A stretch of DNA of 64,000 bases. Source: Escherichia phage Paul. A program made the translations under genes and the position numbers. Position 1 is the first letter of the stretch. The number at the start of each line of letters is the position of its first letter. The DNA lies in the sequence record NC_070992.1. The stretch is one strand, 5' to 3'. Under the pieces are notes generated by a model. That model saw only the letters and a list, made by a program, of their open reading frames with translations. It was not told where the DNA came from and ran no database searches. Of this stretch, positions 1 to 10,028 are shown one piece after another.

Positions 1-563
1 AGCCTTTCTCTCACTCTCTAAAGGGGTACTAAATAAACGGGTAGGTAATGTATTGGGTAGTATACACGGGGAAAGAATAACGGGGAGTAGGCACGGGGAA
101 AGGTTGAACGTTGAAAAGGAAGGTAAAGGCATTGCCAATAACCCTTTTTTAAATGAGGACTCCCCCCTTTTAGGGAACACGCGGGAAGCGGCTAGCCCCA
201 CTCGGTCAAATCAGAATTTTAAACTCTTATATATAAGGTTAAGAGAGAACTTAATGAATCTAATTAAAGTATTCAGACGGATGAAGTGTAAGCACAATTA
301 CTATCTTCTTCGTAAAGCTTACGGGGATGAAAGAATACACGGTTTGTACCTATCAACGTGGAGGTGTAGGGAATGTGGTAAGTTGAGATTCAGTACGTGG
401 GTGGATAGGCCTTAACGTGACATGGCCTTTATGACATAGCCTTAACATGAAGCCCCCTTTAAACCTCTTCCCTTTATCAGCGTACACGGGTTGTTGGTAT
501 GACGTGGCCTTTACGGGTTAGATATGCCTAGCCCTTTATACTCTTATTCAGAGGAGAAGAATT

Positions 564-818
564 ATGAATTTAGTATTAGACTTTTTATCAGAGATGGTGC
601 CTCGGTTCAGAACAGAGACATACGCTTTCATAATCAACAGTGACTCTGAAGATGGGATGGAAGCTACATGCTTAGGTCGTCTTGTTGATTTAGATGATGA
701 TGAAGATTTCGATATTACAATTGACGTGAGTAGCTTAGGTTGGCTCTTCTTCAGAGCATTCCGCACTTACAAAGTAGAAACATACAAAGATTATAGCAAG
801 GGAGAGACAGATGAATAA
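564..818 (+). CDS. hypothetical small acidic protein (84 aa)
   Basis: SD GAGGAG about 7 nt upstream of ATG; D/E-rich; no recognisable catalytic motif. Confidence 0.4.
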   Translation: MNLVLDFLSEMVPRFRTETYAFIINSDSEDGMEATCLGRLVDLDDDEDFDITIDVSSLGWLFFRAFRTYKVETYKDYSKGETDE

Positions 819-1380
819 TTTAATCAAAGCGATGGACCTTAACGAGTATGATTCACAGCTATGTCGCTCTGGTTGTAGCTTACAACATTTAGAAACTATG
901 GGAAACATCTCAGGACTGGCTGTACAAGATTTGTATAGTGGAAGTATTCTTAAACCAAATATTACGGAGAACAAAAACATGTTAGATTTGATTCATACTA
1001 CTCGCCCTAATTCTAAAACTAAATCAGCACCATCTACTCTGGAAGTAGTTGAATACGAATCCACTAAACATGATCACCTCCCTGACTATGCTCGTGCAAT
1101 GATTGAGATGATTGAAGAAGCTGAATATGAAATGCTCCATGATTACATTACCTCCAAAGATGAATGGCATCGTGATGTTCGAATCGAAGAGGATGGTACA
1201 GAAACAATTACGTGGATTCACAAGAGTGAGCTAGTAGACGACGCACTGCGAGACTACGAAAAATTTTTGGTCGACGGCTCTATTCTTTTAGAGGAAGAGA
1301 AGGGTGTAGAACTTCCGTGGGAGGGTGAGATAGTTACTTTAGGTAAGATGTTTAACCTGTCCGTTGGTGATTGTAAGTAA
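811..1380 (+). CDS. hypothetical protein (189 aa)
   Basis: start overlaps upstream stop (coupling); followed by hairpin terminator; no motif recognised. Confidence 0.4.
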   Translation: MNNLIKAMDLNEYDSQLCRSGCSLQHLETMGNISGLAVQDLYSGSILKPNITENKNMLDLIHTTRPNSKTKSAPSTLEVVEYESTKHDHLPDYARAMIEMIEEAEYEMLHDYITSKDEWHRDVRIEEDGTETITWIHKSELVDDALRDYEKFLVDGSILLEEEKGVELPWEGEIVTLGKMFNLSVGDCK

Positions 1381-1385
1381 TGTTT

Positions 1386-1410
1386 GCCTCCGTTGGGAGG
1401 CTTTTTGTGT
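1386..1410 (+). terminator. intrinsic terminator
   Basis: GCCTCC-GTTG-GGAGGC stem-loop followed by TTTTTGTGTTG. Confidence 0.6.
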
Positions 1411-1436
1411 TGTTGATAATGTAGAAGGAGTATAAA

Positions 1437-1910
1437 ATGTTTGGAGAAAACGGAGAACTCACGCCTGCACAGGTAGCTGAGATTACAGGAAGATTACCCG
1501 GAGTAACGGAAGAACTTGAAGGCCGTGGTATGAACCCAAGCAATGGGAAGTTTCAAAAGGGAAATAAATTCGGACGACCCAAAGGTAGTAGAGGTAAACT
1601 GACACAATTAATGTTGGACCGTGTTGCTGCAAGTCATTTGTCTCCTGATGAAGTGTTAATTCAAATTTACGAAGATCCTAATATTCCACCTGATCTTAGA
1701 TTCAAGGCTGCATCAAAAGTTGCAGATCTGGTATATCCTAAGGCGGCCTCTGTTGAAGTTAAGATTGAGGAAGAGAATGTAATCAACGAAGAATCATTGA
1801 ATGCACAAATCAAGGACTTCTTGACTGGAGCACTTGGTATCGACGTTATGCCTCCAGAAGAAGACAACTCTGAGGGCGCTGAAAAGGGGGAGGAAGCGGA
1901 CGAGAGTTAA
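1437..1910 (+). CDS. putative terminase small subunit / DNA-binding protein (157 aa)
   Basis: positional only: immediately upstream of terminase large subunit; SD AAGGAG; basic N-terminal half, acidic C-terminus. Confidence 0.3.
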   Translation: MFGENGELTPAQVAEITGRLPGVTEELEGRGMNPSNGKFQKGNKFGRPKGSRGKLTQLMLDRVAASHLSPDEVLIQIYEDPNIPPDLRFKAASKVADLVYPKAASVEVKIEEENVINEESLNAQIKDFLTGALGIDVMPPEEDNSEGAEKGEEADES

Positions 1911-2026
1911 GTAAAGGAAGCTGTATGGATGCTGGGTTTTAAGTTAACCAGATATGCAGCGAATAAGAGAGGGGAGGTTCTTTGACGAAGGGACTTTCCC
2001 TTTTCTATTTTTAAACTGGAGGAAGT

Positions 2027-3568
2027 ATGTCATTAGATAAACAAATTTATGAAGCTCTAACTGGTAACAATCTTAGTGTAGATGAAAAGAAAGCACTATT
2101 GAATATGTTGAAAGAGCGTGACCAATGGAGGAAGTATAATAGGATTTTGTCTTTCAAGGCGTATGACTTCCAAAAGAAATTTTATGCAGCAGGATTGAAG
2201 CATCGCTTTAGATTCTTGTGTGCAGCGAACCGTGTTGGTAAATCTTACAGCGAGGCATACGAGTTTGCTTGTCATGTCACAGGTCGCTATCCAACTTGGT
2301 GGACAGGGTATAAATTTAAAAGACCTATCTTAGCATGGGCAGTTGGTATTACAGGGGATTCCACAAGGAAGGTATTGCAAAAGGAATTGTTTGGTACACC
2401 TATCGGAAAGGATACAAACTTATTGGGGACAGGTGTCATTCCTCGTGATGCTATCGTCATTGATACGATAGAACGAGATGGTAACAAACTTCAAATCGTA
2501 CAAATCAAACATCAAAATGAGAGAGGAGAGTTTGACGGTTTAAGTACGTTAGAATTCCGTTCAACCCAACAGGGTGAACACACATTGATGGGTGCAACAG
2601 TTGACTACATTTGGTTAGACGAAGAAGATCCATACGAGTCTATGGCTATATTCGCACAGTGCGTCACACGTACACTCACAACTAAAGGTCTAGTTACAAT
2701 TACAGCTACACCAGAGAACGGTTTAACTGAACTGGTGGATAAATTTATGAAAGGTGAAGGGGATGAGAACACAGGTTCTCTATATTTCCAGAATGCTTCT
2801 TGGTGGGATGCCCATGCAGACCTAGGTGGACATATCACTGACCAAGATATAAAAGATATGACTGAAGGTATTCCAGCGTGGCAGTTAGAGATGCGTTCAA
2901 AAGGTATGCCATTGTTAGGAAGTGGTTTGATTTATGATGTATCGGATGACACAATTAAATGTGAACCATTCGAAATTCCTGATACGTGGAAACGTGTCTG
3001 TGCAATTGATATTGGTATTGATCACCCAACTGCTGCTGTTTGGACAGCTTACGACGCAAACACGGATACTATCTATGTTTACGACTCATATAAAGAAGGT
3101 GGCTTTACTCCAGTGTATCATGCTCCAGCTATTAATGGTCGTGGTCAGTGGATTCCTGTCATCCTACCGCACGATGCGGACAATACTGAGAAAGGTAGTG
3201 GTTCATCTGTTGCTCAATTCTATAAGAATGCAGGAGTTAACGTACAGAGTGAGACCTTCTACAACAAAATTGGAATGGATGGTAAAAAGAACTTCTTTGT
3301 AGAACCGGGAATCACAGATATCCGAGAAAGAATGATGAGTGGACGCTTTAAAGTCTTTAACACAGCCGCTAACGCTAAGCTATTCGAAGAGAAAGCTAGA
3401 TATCACCGTAAGGTTGGTAAGATTATTAAAGAACATGATGACTTAATGGATGCAATGCGCTATTCAGCGTGCTCTGTTACACATCGTGGTCGCTCTAAGC
3501 ATGACGTTAGCTACGGAAGTGCTTCTCTGTATGAGGCAAACGTAAGCAGATGGAATCAGAGCTACTAA
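2027..3568 (+). CDS. terL: terminase large subunit
   Basis: Walker-A-like CAANRVGKS, Walker B VDYIWLDEE, RNase-H-like nuclease motifs VCAIDIGIDH and HDDLMDAMRY. Confidence 0.85.
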   Translation: MSLDKQIYEALTGNNLSVDEKKALLNMLKERDQWRKYNRILSFKAYDFQKKFYAAGLKHRFRFLCAANRVGKSYSEAYEFACHVTGRYPTWWTGYKFKRPILAWAVGITGDSTRKVLQKELFGTPIGKDTNLLGTGVIPRDAIVIDTIERDGNKLQIVQIKHQNERGEFDGLSTLEFRSTQQGEHTLMGATVDYIWLDEEDPYESMAIFAQCVTRTLTTKGLVTITATPENGLTELVDKFMKGEGDENTGSLYFQNASWWDAHADLGGHITDQDIKDMTEGIPAWQLEMRSKGMPLLGSGLIYDVSDDTIKCEPFEIPDTWKRVCAIDIGIDHPTAAVWTAYDANTDTIYVYDSYKEGGFTPVYHAPAINGRGQWIPVILPHDADNTEKGSGSSVAQFYKNAGVNVQSETFYNKIGMDGKKNFFVEPGITDIRERMMSGRFKVFNTAANAKLFEEKARYHRKVGKIIKEHDDLMDAMRYSACSVTHRGRSKHDVSYGSASLYEANVSRWNQSY

Positions 3569-3574
3569 AGTAAG

Positions 3575-3600
3575 GGGGAGGTTTGTCCTCCCTTCTTTTA
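3575..3600 (+). terminator. intrinsic terminator
   Basis: GGGAGG-TTTGT-CCTCCC hairpin followed by TTCTTTT. Confidence 0.55.
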
Positions 3601-3629
3601 TTTAAGCTATCAACCGAGGGAGAGAATAG

Positions 3630-5873
3630 ATGGCTAAGCAAAAATATAGTGAAGAGGTGTTGGACGAGTTACGTGTTGACCTTCAACGTCGTTTTAATTA
3701 CGCTCAAGGTTACGTGGACATGGCTGTTAAGGGCTATGCTCGTGAAGCTTGGGAATATTTCTATGGTAACTTACCTGCACCAGTAACTGCTGGCAGCTCT
3801 AGTTGGGTAGATCGTACTGTTTGGGAATCTGTTAACGGTACATTGCAAGATATTATTAACGTATTCTGTTCTGGTGACGAAGCAGTTACTTTCGTAGCTG
3901 ACAACCAACAGGATTCTGATGCTGCTGATGTAGCAACTAAATTAGTCAACCAAATTCTTCTGCGTGATAATCCGGGATACAATATTATCTCTTCTGCTGC
4001 ACAAGAATGTCTGGTTACTCGTAACTCTTTTATCAAATATTATTGGGATGAGCACACTTCTACTCAAACTGAAGAAGCTGAAGGTGTACCACCGGAAGCA
4101 TTGGCTGCATATGTTCAGGGATTAGAAGCTGGTGGACTCAAGAATCTGGAAGTCTTCACTGAAGAAAATGAAGATGGTACAGTTGATGTTAAAGTTACTT
4201 ACGAACAAACTGTTAAACGTGTGAAAGTTGAATATGTTCCTTCAGAGCAAATCTTTGTTGATGAACATGCTACCTCTTTTGCAGATGCACAATATTTCTG
4301 TCATCGTGTACGTCGCTCTAAAGAAGATCTGGTTGCTATGGGCTTCCCTAAAGATGAGATTGAAGCATTCAACGACTGGACAGACACGATGGATACCACT
4401 CAATCTACAGTTGCTTGGTCTCGTACTGACTGGCGTCAGGACATTGATGCTGACATTGGTACAGATACTGAAGATATCGCTTCTATGGTTTGGGTTTATG
4501 AGCACTACATCCGTACTGGTGTTCTAGATAAGAATAAAGAGTCTAAACTCTATCAGGTTATTCAAGCTGGTGAGCATATCCTTCACACTGAAGAAGTAAC
4601 TCATATTCCGTTTGTAACCTTCTGTCCGTATCCGATTCCGGGTTCCTTCTATGGTCAATCAGTCTATGACATTACGAAAGATATTCAGGATTTACGTACC
4701 GCGTTAGTTCGTGGTTATATTGATAACGTCAACAATGCTAACTATGGTCGATACAAAGCTCTTGTTGGTGCATACGATCGTCGCTCTCTGCTTGATAACC
4801 GTCCCGGTGGAGTGGTTGAAATGGAACGTCAGGACGCTATTGACCTGTTCCCATACCATAACCTACCTCAAGGTATTGACGGCCTCTTAGGCATGTCTGA
4901 GGAGCTTAAAGAGACACGTACCGGTGTAACTAAACTTGGCATGGGTATCAACCCTGATGTGTTTAAGAATGATAACGCTTATGCAACCGTAGGCTTGATG
5001 ATGAATGCTGCACAGAACCGTCTCCGTATGGTGTGTCGTAACATTGCTCACAATGGTATGGTTGAATTGATGCGTGGTATTTACAGCCTTATCAGAGAAA
5101 ATGGTGAAGTTCCTATTGAGGTACAAACTCCTCGTGGTATGGTTCAGGTTAATCCGAAACAATTACCAGCTCGTCATAATCTTCAAGTTGTTGTAGCTAT
5201 CTCTCCTAACGAGAAAGCAGAACGTGCACAGAAACTGATTAGTTTGAAACAGCTGATTGCAGCAGATGCACAGTTAGCACCTCTCTTTGGTTTGGAGCAA
5301 GACCGTTACATGACTGCACAGATCTTTGAGTTGATGGGTATTAAGGACACTCATAAGTACTTACTGCCTCTGGAACAGTATCAGCCTCCTGAGCCGTCTC
5401 CGATGGAAATCCTCCAGCTCGAGATGACTAAAGCACAGGTTGAGAACGTACAGGCTTCTTCTCAGAAGATGATTGCTGATGCATTCGACCAGCGTGAACG
5501 TACTACATTCGAACAGCAGAAAGCTGCGGATGAATTAAGTCTGCGTCAGGAAGAGTTGCAGTTCAAGCAAGAAAATGCAGCAGATGCTATGACTCTGGAA
5601 AACCGTAAAGAAGATAACAATGCAACTCTGGAACAAGCTAAGCACAAGTTAGCTCTTATGCAACAGCAGGTCCGTCAGTATGAGTCTGTACTGAAAGAAT
5701 TGCAGATGGTTATGGAACATCAGGTTGACCAAGAGAAGATTGTTCAGCAGTCTCGTGTTCAGGATAAAACTTTGGAACTCCAAAAGAAAGAAGCTAATGT
5801 AACTAAGAAAGAGCAACAAACTTCTCTCAAAGATTCACGGATTCCAGGCAAACGTCTTGGAAGTAAAAAGTAA
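3630..5873 (+). CDS. portal protein (747 aa)
   Basis: position directly after terminase; size; long C-terminal Q/E/K-rich coiled-coil tail as in P22-type portals. Confidence 0.7.
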   Translation: MAKQKYSEEVLDELRVDLQRRFNYAQGYVDMAVKGYAREAWEYFYGNLPAPVTAGSSSWVDRTVWESVNGTLQDIINVFCSGDEAVTFVADNQQDSDAADVATKLVNQILLRDNPGYNIISSAAQECLVTRNSFIKYYWDEHTSTQTEEAEGVPPEALAAYVQGLEAGGLKNLEVFTEENEDGTVDVKVTYEQTVKRVKVEYVPSEQIFVDEHATSFADAQYFCHRVRRSKEDLVAMGFPKDEIEAFNDWTDTMDTTQSTVAWSRTDWRQDIDADIGTDTEDIASMVWVYEHYIRTGVLDKNKESKLYQVIQAGEHILHTEEVTHIPFVTFCPYPIPGSFYGQSVYDITKDIQDLRTALVRGYIDNVNNANYGRYKALVGAYDRRSLLDNRPGGVVEMERQDAIDLFPYHNLPQGIDGLLGMSEELKETRTGVTKLGMGINPDVFKNDNAYATVGLMMNAAQNRLRMVCRNIAHNGMVELMRGIYSLIRENGEVPIEVQTPRGMVQVNPKQLPARHNLQVVVAISPNEKAERAQKLISLKQLIAADAQLAPLFGLEQDRYMTAQIFELMGIKDTHKYLLPLEQYQPPEPSPMEILQLEMTKAQVENVQASSQKMIADAFDQRERTTFEQQKAADELSLRQEELQFKQENAADAMTLENRKEDNNATLEQAKHKLALMQQQVRQYESVLKELQMVMEHQVDQEKIVQQSRVQDKTLELQKKEANVTKKEQQTSLKDSRIPGKRLGSKK

Positions 5874-5882
5874 GGACGTCGA

Positions 5883-6119
5883 ATGAACATTAGGCATCAA
5901 TTCAATAAAGAGCACGCCGCCGCTTTGGCGGCTCTCAATCTTAACGGCAGTCTTGACGCAGCATTAGAGGCATTGAAAGAAAGACTCATGACAGAGATAG
6001 TTCAAACCGAACCTCATGAGAATAAGAAACGCGAAGATTGTTATCAAAAGTATAAAATGGTGGGTAGCTTAAAAGAGGTCATAAAAGCTGCTATCAATAG
6101 TGCAGGAGATGTTTCATAA
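5883..6119 (+). CDS. hypothetical protein (78 aa)
   Basis: ORF between portal and scaffold; no motif. Confidence 0.3.
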   Translation: MNIRHQFNKEHAAALAALNLNGSLDAALEALKERLMTEIVQTEPHENKKREDCYQKYKMVGSLKEVIKAAINSAGDVS

Positions 6120-7204
6120 TGCCACAAGATAACTATATTGACCCGAACGATTTTAAATCTTTCCTCCAACTGGATGACCTGAAAGGTTCTTTTAAAGAAG
6201 AGCTTGGTCGATTAGAATCTGAACAAGAACCAGAAGTGGACATTGACGACGAGTTCCCGGAAGATACCGGTGACAGCTTCGACTTTGATACCGACCTTCT
6301 CGGTGAAAGCGATGAGCTTAAGTTCGAAGATGAAGATGGTTGGGAAGATCATGATGAGGAAGGCGAAGTCGAAGAAGATGGGGATGACTCTGATGAAGGT
6401 GATGAAAACACTGAAGCAGAAGAGGAAGACTCAAGCGATGCAGGATATGAAGATGATTCTGCTGACGGTGATGGTGAAGTCTTTGATGTAGACTACGAAA
6501 CCGTTATCACCCTTCCTGATGGACGTGAGATGACTATTGAAGAACTCTCCAATGGCTATCTTACTGGTGCTGACATGACAGAACGAGAATCAACTCTTCA
6601 GCGTCACATGGAAGCATTTGAGGAACGTGTAGTAGGTTTGAAGGATGTATTAGAATTAGCGTCTTTAGAAGCAGACCGAGTAATTGAAGATTACAACGGA
6701 TTTGATTGGGACAAGCTTGCAGTAGAAGATCCTCAAGCATATGTTGAAAACAAACGTTTCCTAGAGAAGTACACAGCTCGTCGTAACCAGCTTGAACAGG
6801 CTCAGGTCCGTATTAAGCAGGAAGCAGCAGCTAAAGAGCAGGAAGCTTTCCAAGCCAAGAGCATTGAATGTGTTAATATTCTGAAACGTGAGATTCCGAA
6901 TTGGGATGAAAACTTATATCAAAACTTAATGCAATACGCAATTGACTTAGGTGCTACTGAAGAAGAAGTATTGAAGGAAAACCGTCCGTCTATTTTCCTA
7001 GCTCTCCATAAAGCATACCAATTTGATAAAGGTAAGCAGCAGGTGATGGCTAAGATTAAACGTCCCGGTGCTCCACGCAAGGTTGTGAAGTCTGATGCTG
7101 CAAAGTCTCGTACTTCCAATAAGCCAGACAACGCTAAGGTTGCCAAGGCATTCGCAGAGGGTCGCGTTAGTCACGAAGACGCATTCAAATTCCTCGTAGA
7201 TTAA
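6119..7204 (+). CDS. putative scaffolding protein (361 aa)
   Basis: position between portal and capsid; about 100-aa D/E-rich tract then helical K/E/Q-rich region. Confidence 0.5.
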   Translation: MPQDNYIDPNDFKSFLQLDDLKGSFKEELGRLESEQEPEVDIDDEFPEDTGDSFDFDTDLLGESDELKFEDEDGWEDHDEEGEVEEDGDDSDEGDENTEAEEEDSSDAGYEDDSADGDGEVFDVDYETVITLPDGREMTIEELSNGYLTGADMTERESTLQRHMEAFEERVVGLKDVLELASLEADRVIEDYNGFDWDKLAVEDPQAYVENKRFLEKYTARRNQLEQAQVRIKQEAAAKEQEAFQAKSIECVNILKREIPNWDENLYQNLMQYAIDLGATEEEVLKENRPSIFLALHKAYQFDKGKQQVMAKIKRPGAPRKVVKSDAAKSRTSNKPDNAKVAKAFAEGRVSHEDAFKFLVD

Positions 7205-7245
7205 TCGACAAATTAATTATTTAATAGTATAGGAGCTAACATAAC

Positions 7246-8307
7246 ATGGCTAATCCAACTTTATTTGTATCGTATGACCAGAATGGTAAAAAACTTTCTT
7301 TTGCTAACTGGATTTCTGTTCTGTCCCCTCAGGATACTCCGTTCGTATCTATGACCGGTAAAGAGTCTATCAACCAGACTATCTTTAGCTGGCAGACCGA
7401 TGCATTGGCAAGCGTTGACGCTAATAACGCACACGTTGAAGGTTCTCGTGCGGTTGATGGTGAAATGCAACCTACCGTAATCAAATCCAACGTTACTCAG
7501 ATTCTGCGTAAGGTTGTTAAAGTTTCTGATACCGCTAACACCACCGCTAACTACGGTCGTGGTCGTGAACTGATGTATCAGCTGGAGAAGAAAGGTAAAG
7601 AGATCAAGCGTGACCTCGAGAAAATCCTTCTGTCCGGTCAGGCTCGTACCGACGTTCTGGCTGACCAATACCTGACTAACTCTGCAACTGATCCTGCAAC
7701 TGTTGGTCTGAACGACACTCATGCAGCTCGTAAGACTGGTGCATTCCAGTTCCTGTGTGCTCACGGTGGTCTTGCTGGTGCTGTCGTTGACAAAACCAAG
7801 AATGGTCCTGCTGACCCGGATACTGGTGCAGTAACTGTTAAAGTTGCACAGAATGCTTCTAACCCGACCACTAACATTGGTTTTGACGAAGCTGATATCT
7901 TTGATATGACTCTGCAACTGTATACCGCTGGTTCTGAAGCAGATATCATCATGATTAACCCGGCTCATGCTAAGATCTTCGCTGGCCTGCAAGAAAATAC
8001 TCAGGGTTCACGTAAGCGTATCTTTGAGAACACCAAGCAGTTCATCTACGAAGTTAACAGCATCACTGACCCTCTGGGCCAGAGCTACAAAATCATCGTT
8101 AACCGTTGGATGCCTACCGATGCAGTTTACTTCTTCCGTAGCGCTGACTGGACTCAGATGGTTCTGCGTGCTCCGAAACGTACTGAACTGGCTAAAGATG
8201 GTTCTTACGAGAAGTGGATGATTGAAATGGAAGTTGGTCTGCGTCACCGCAACCCGTATGCTTCCGGCGTTCTGTTCACTGCTGCGGGAAAGGTAGCGGC
8301 GGCGTAA
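7246..8307 (+). CDS. major capsid protein (353 aa)
   Basis: position after scaffold; SD TAGGAG; strongly biased codon usage (CGT/GGT/CTG) typical of highly expressed virion genes. Confidence 0.75.
   Translation: MANPTLFVSYDQNGKKLSFANWISVLSPQDTPFVSMTGKESINQTIFSWQTDALASVDANNAHVEGSRAVDGEMQPTVIKSNVTQILRKVVKVSDTANTTANYGRGRELMYQLEKKGKEIKRDLEKILLSGQARTDVLADQYLTNSATDPATVGLNDTHAARKTGAFQFLCAHGGLAGAVVDKTKNGPADPDTGAVTVKVAQNASNPTTNIGFDEADIFDMTLQLYTAGSEADIIMINPAHAKIFAGLQENTQGSRKRIFENTKQFIYEVNSITDPLGQSYKIIVNRWMPTDAVYFFRSADWTQMVLRAPKRTELAKDGSYEKWMIEMEVGLRHRNPYASGVLFTAAGKVAAA
8286..8292 (+). other. candidate -1 programmed ribosomal frameshift slippery heptamer G_GGA_AAG
   Basis: X_XXY_YYZ heptamer in capsid zero frame 5 codons before its stop; -1 frame is open from 8226 and encodes GSGG linker then Ig domain; hairpin TAACAGT/ACTGTTA at 8305-8328. 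Confidence 0.5.
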
Positions 8308-8390
8308 CAGTAGAGTCCGTAACTGTTAGTCCTTCGTCGGTTGCAAGCCTTCCGACGGGGGCTACTCAGCAGTTTACAGCTACAGCAGAA

Positions 8391-9929
8391 ATGAGTGACG
8401 GCTCCACAAGCACAACCGGATTTAGTTGGTCCGTTGAGGGCGGTGGGGCTGTTTCTGTTTCTGGGCTATATACTGCACCGAGTGCGTCGCAAGAAACCCC
8501 AGCAACTATTACGGCAACAAAGTCATCCAAGAAAGGAACGGCTACTGTTAATTCTATCTATGAACCAGCGACCATTGTATCAAAAGGTCCTATTACTGGT
8601 AAGATTGGTGGCAGCACTACAGCTTTTACCACAATGTTTACTGCAACCAACTCAGCGTTCTCTGACTACGAGTTTGAAATCACTCCTCCGTCAGCAGGGT
8701 CTTTTAATCTGTCTGGTGTGTTTGGTTTAGATGACAATGCATCTGGAACAGTGACTGTAAAAGCAACACATAAAACTCAGACCTCCGTTACAGCTACTAC
8801 CTCCTTTACTGGAGTTGCTGCTAAAGCTGGAATTGTGACTAAAGGTCCGATCACTACTGCTCTTGTTGGTGGTGATTCAGTAGCTTTCAATACAATGTTT
8901 ACTGCAACCAACTCTTCAGCAGCTGATTATGAAGTTACTGTAACTCCTCCAGCTAATGGATCTTTCGTTGGTAGTTCTGTAGTTCTTTCAGCTAATGCGT
9001 CAGGAAGCACTGTTGTTAAAGCTGTTCACAAAACACAACCTAGTGCAACAGAAACTTGTACATTGTCCAACGTATCACCTAAAGCATCTTTGACAGCTAA
9101 GACAGTAACTGGTAAAGTTGGTGGAGACACTGTTACGTTTGCTGCTTTATTCACAGCAACTAACTCCTCTGCCTCCAATTACATTTTCGTAGCCAACCCT
9201 CCTGGCATGGCAACTTCTATTGATGCAACTACGGGTCTTGTCACTCTAGCAGCTAACGCTACTGGTGATGTTACTATCAAAGCTACTCACAAAACCCAAA
9301 CCTCGGTTACTGCTACAGGGACAATCAGTGGTGTAGTTCCTAAAGCTACTATCACAGGTAAATCTCTTACCGGTAAAGTTGGTGGTGATGTGATTCCTTT
9401 TGCTGATATGTTCACTAGTAACAAGCCAGCATCGGAATTTACCTATGTGTTAACTCCAACTGATGATGTAGGAGAAATCAACACTACTACAGGTGCACTA
9501 ACCCTCTTGGATGCTCCTACAGATGAAGTTATGAATGTGAAAGCTACTCATAAGACTCAAACATCTGTAACGGCAACTGCTACAATTACAGCTACTCCGA
9601 AATTTAAAGGCCTTGTTGCTTCTAATGTTTCTAACACTGTAGTTGTGGGTGCTCCAGAAAACCCACTTGCTACTGATACTATCACGATCACTGACTCGGC
9701 TCAACCGGGTGTTGTTCGGTTTGATGGTGTACCTCAGGGTGCTCTTACCGGCAAACTAATGTATGATGTAGAAGGTACTGATGCAGGTTTGATGGAATTG
9801 TCTCTTTCTGGTCAGGTATTGACAATCACGTTGTCAGCTCCTATTACCAGCGAAGATACTAAAGTAACAATGAGAACTGACCCAGCTTCTACGATATTCC
9901 GTACTTATATTGTTAAATCTGGTGCATAA
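8391..9929 (+). CDS. Ig-like (BIG2-type) repeat protein, probably the C-terminal extension of the capsid via -1 frameshift
   Basis: four to five tandem modules each containing VKATHKTQTSVTAT; reading frame stays open upstream of the ATG back to 8226, overlapping the capsid 3' end. Confidence 0.6.
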   Translation: MSDGSTSTTGFSWSVEGGGAVSVSGLYTAPSASQETPATITATKSSKKGTATVNSIYEPATIVSKGPITGKIGGSTTAFTTMFTATNSAFSDYEFEITPPSAGSFNLSGVFGLDDNASGTVTVKATHKTQTSVTATTSFTGVAAKAGIVTKGPITTALVGGDSVAFNTMFTATNSSAADYEVTVTPPANGSFVGSSVVLSANASGSTVVKAVHKTQPSATETCTLSNVSPKASLTAKTVTGKVGGDTVTFAALFTATNSSASNYIFVANPPGMATSIDATTGLVTLAANATGDVTIKATHKTQTSVTATGTISGVVPKATITGKSLTGKVGGDVIPFADMFTSNKPASEFTYVLTPTDDVGEINTTTGALTLLDAPTDEVMNVKATHKTQTSVTATATITATPKFKGLVASNVSNTVVVGAPENPLATDTITITDSAQPGVVRFDGVPQGALTGKLMYDVEGTDAGLMELSLSGQVLTITLSAPITSEDTKVTMRTDPASTIFRTYIVKSGA

Positions 9930-9935
9930 GAATAA

Positions 9936-9960
9936 AGCCGCCTTCGGGTGGCTTTTCTTG
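9936..9960 (+). terminator. intrinsic terminator
   Basis: AGCCGCC-TTCG-GGTGGCT hairpin followed by TTTCTTGTTTT. Confidence 0.6.
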
Positions 9961-9986
9961 TTTTAAGACCTATACAAGCTAGTGTG

Positions 9987-9995
9987 TAATGTATA
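9987..9995 (+). promoter_or_regulatory. TAATGTATA motif, candidate phage-sigma promoter element
   Basis: exact 9-mer 34 nt upstream of the 10029 ATG, after a terminator; same motif recurs before other operon-initial genes. Confidence 0.45.
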
Positions 9996-10028
9996 TTCTT
10001 TGTCTACATATAACAAGGAGGACAACCT

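Noticed and set aside
53-415. 120-aa plus-strand ORF at the left edge
   Set aside because: Begins with TTG, has no SD, and runs through the short-repeat arrays; a shorter ATG-initiated 53-aa zinc-ribbon-like ORF (254-415) is possible but weakly supported, so it is not called
405-545. CRISPR-like array
   Set aside because: Repeats are under 15 bp, irregularly spaced and imperfect
7261-7992. 243-aa minus-strand ORF inside the major capsid gene, and similar antisense ORFs inside other large plus-strand genes (for example 26875-27360, 28502-28855)
   Set aside because: Entirely antisense to well-supported highly expressed genes; Ser/Thr/Leu-rich junk composition; no SD
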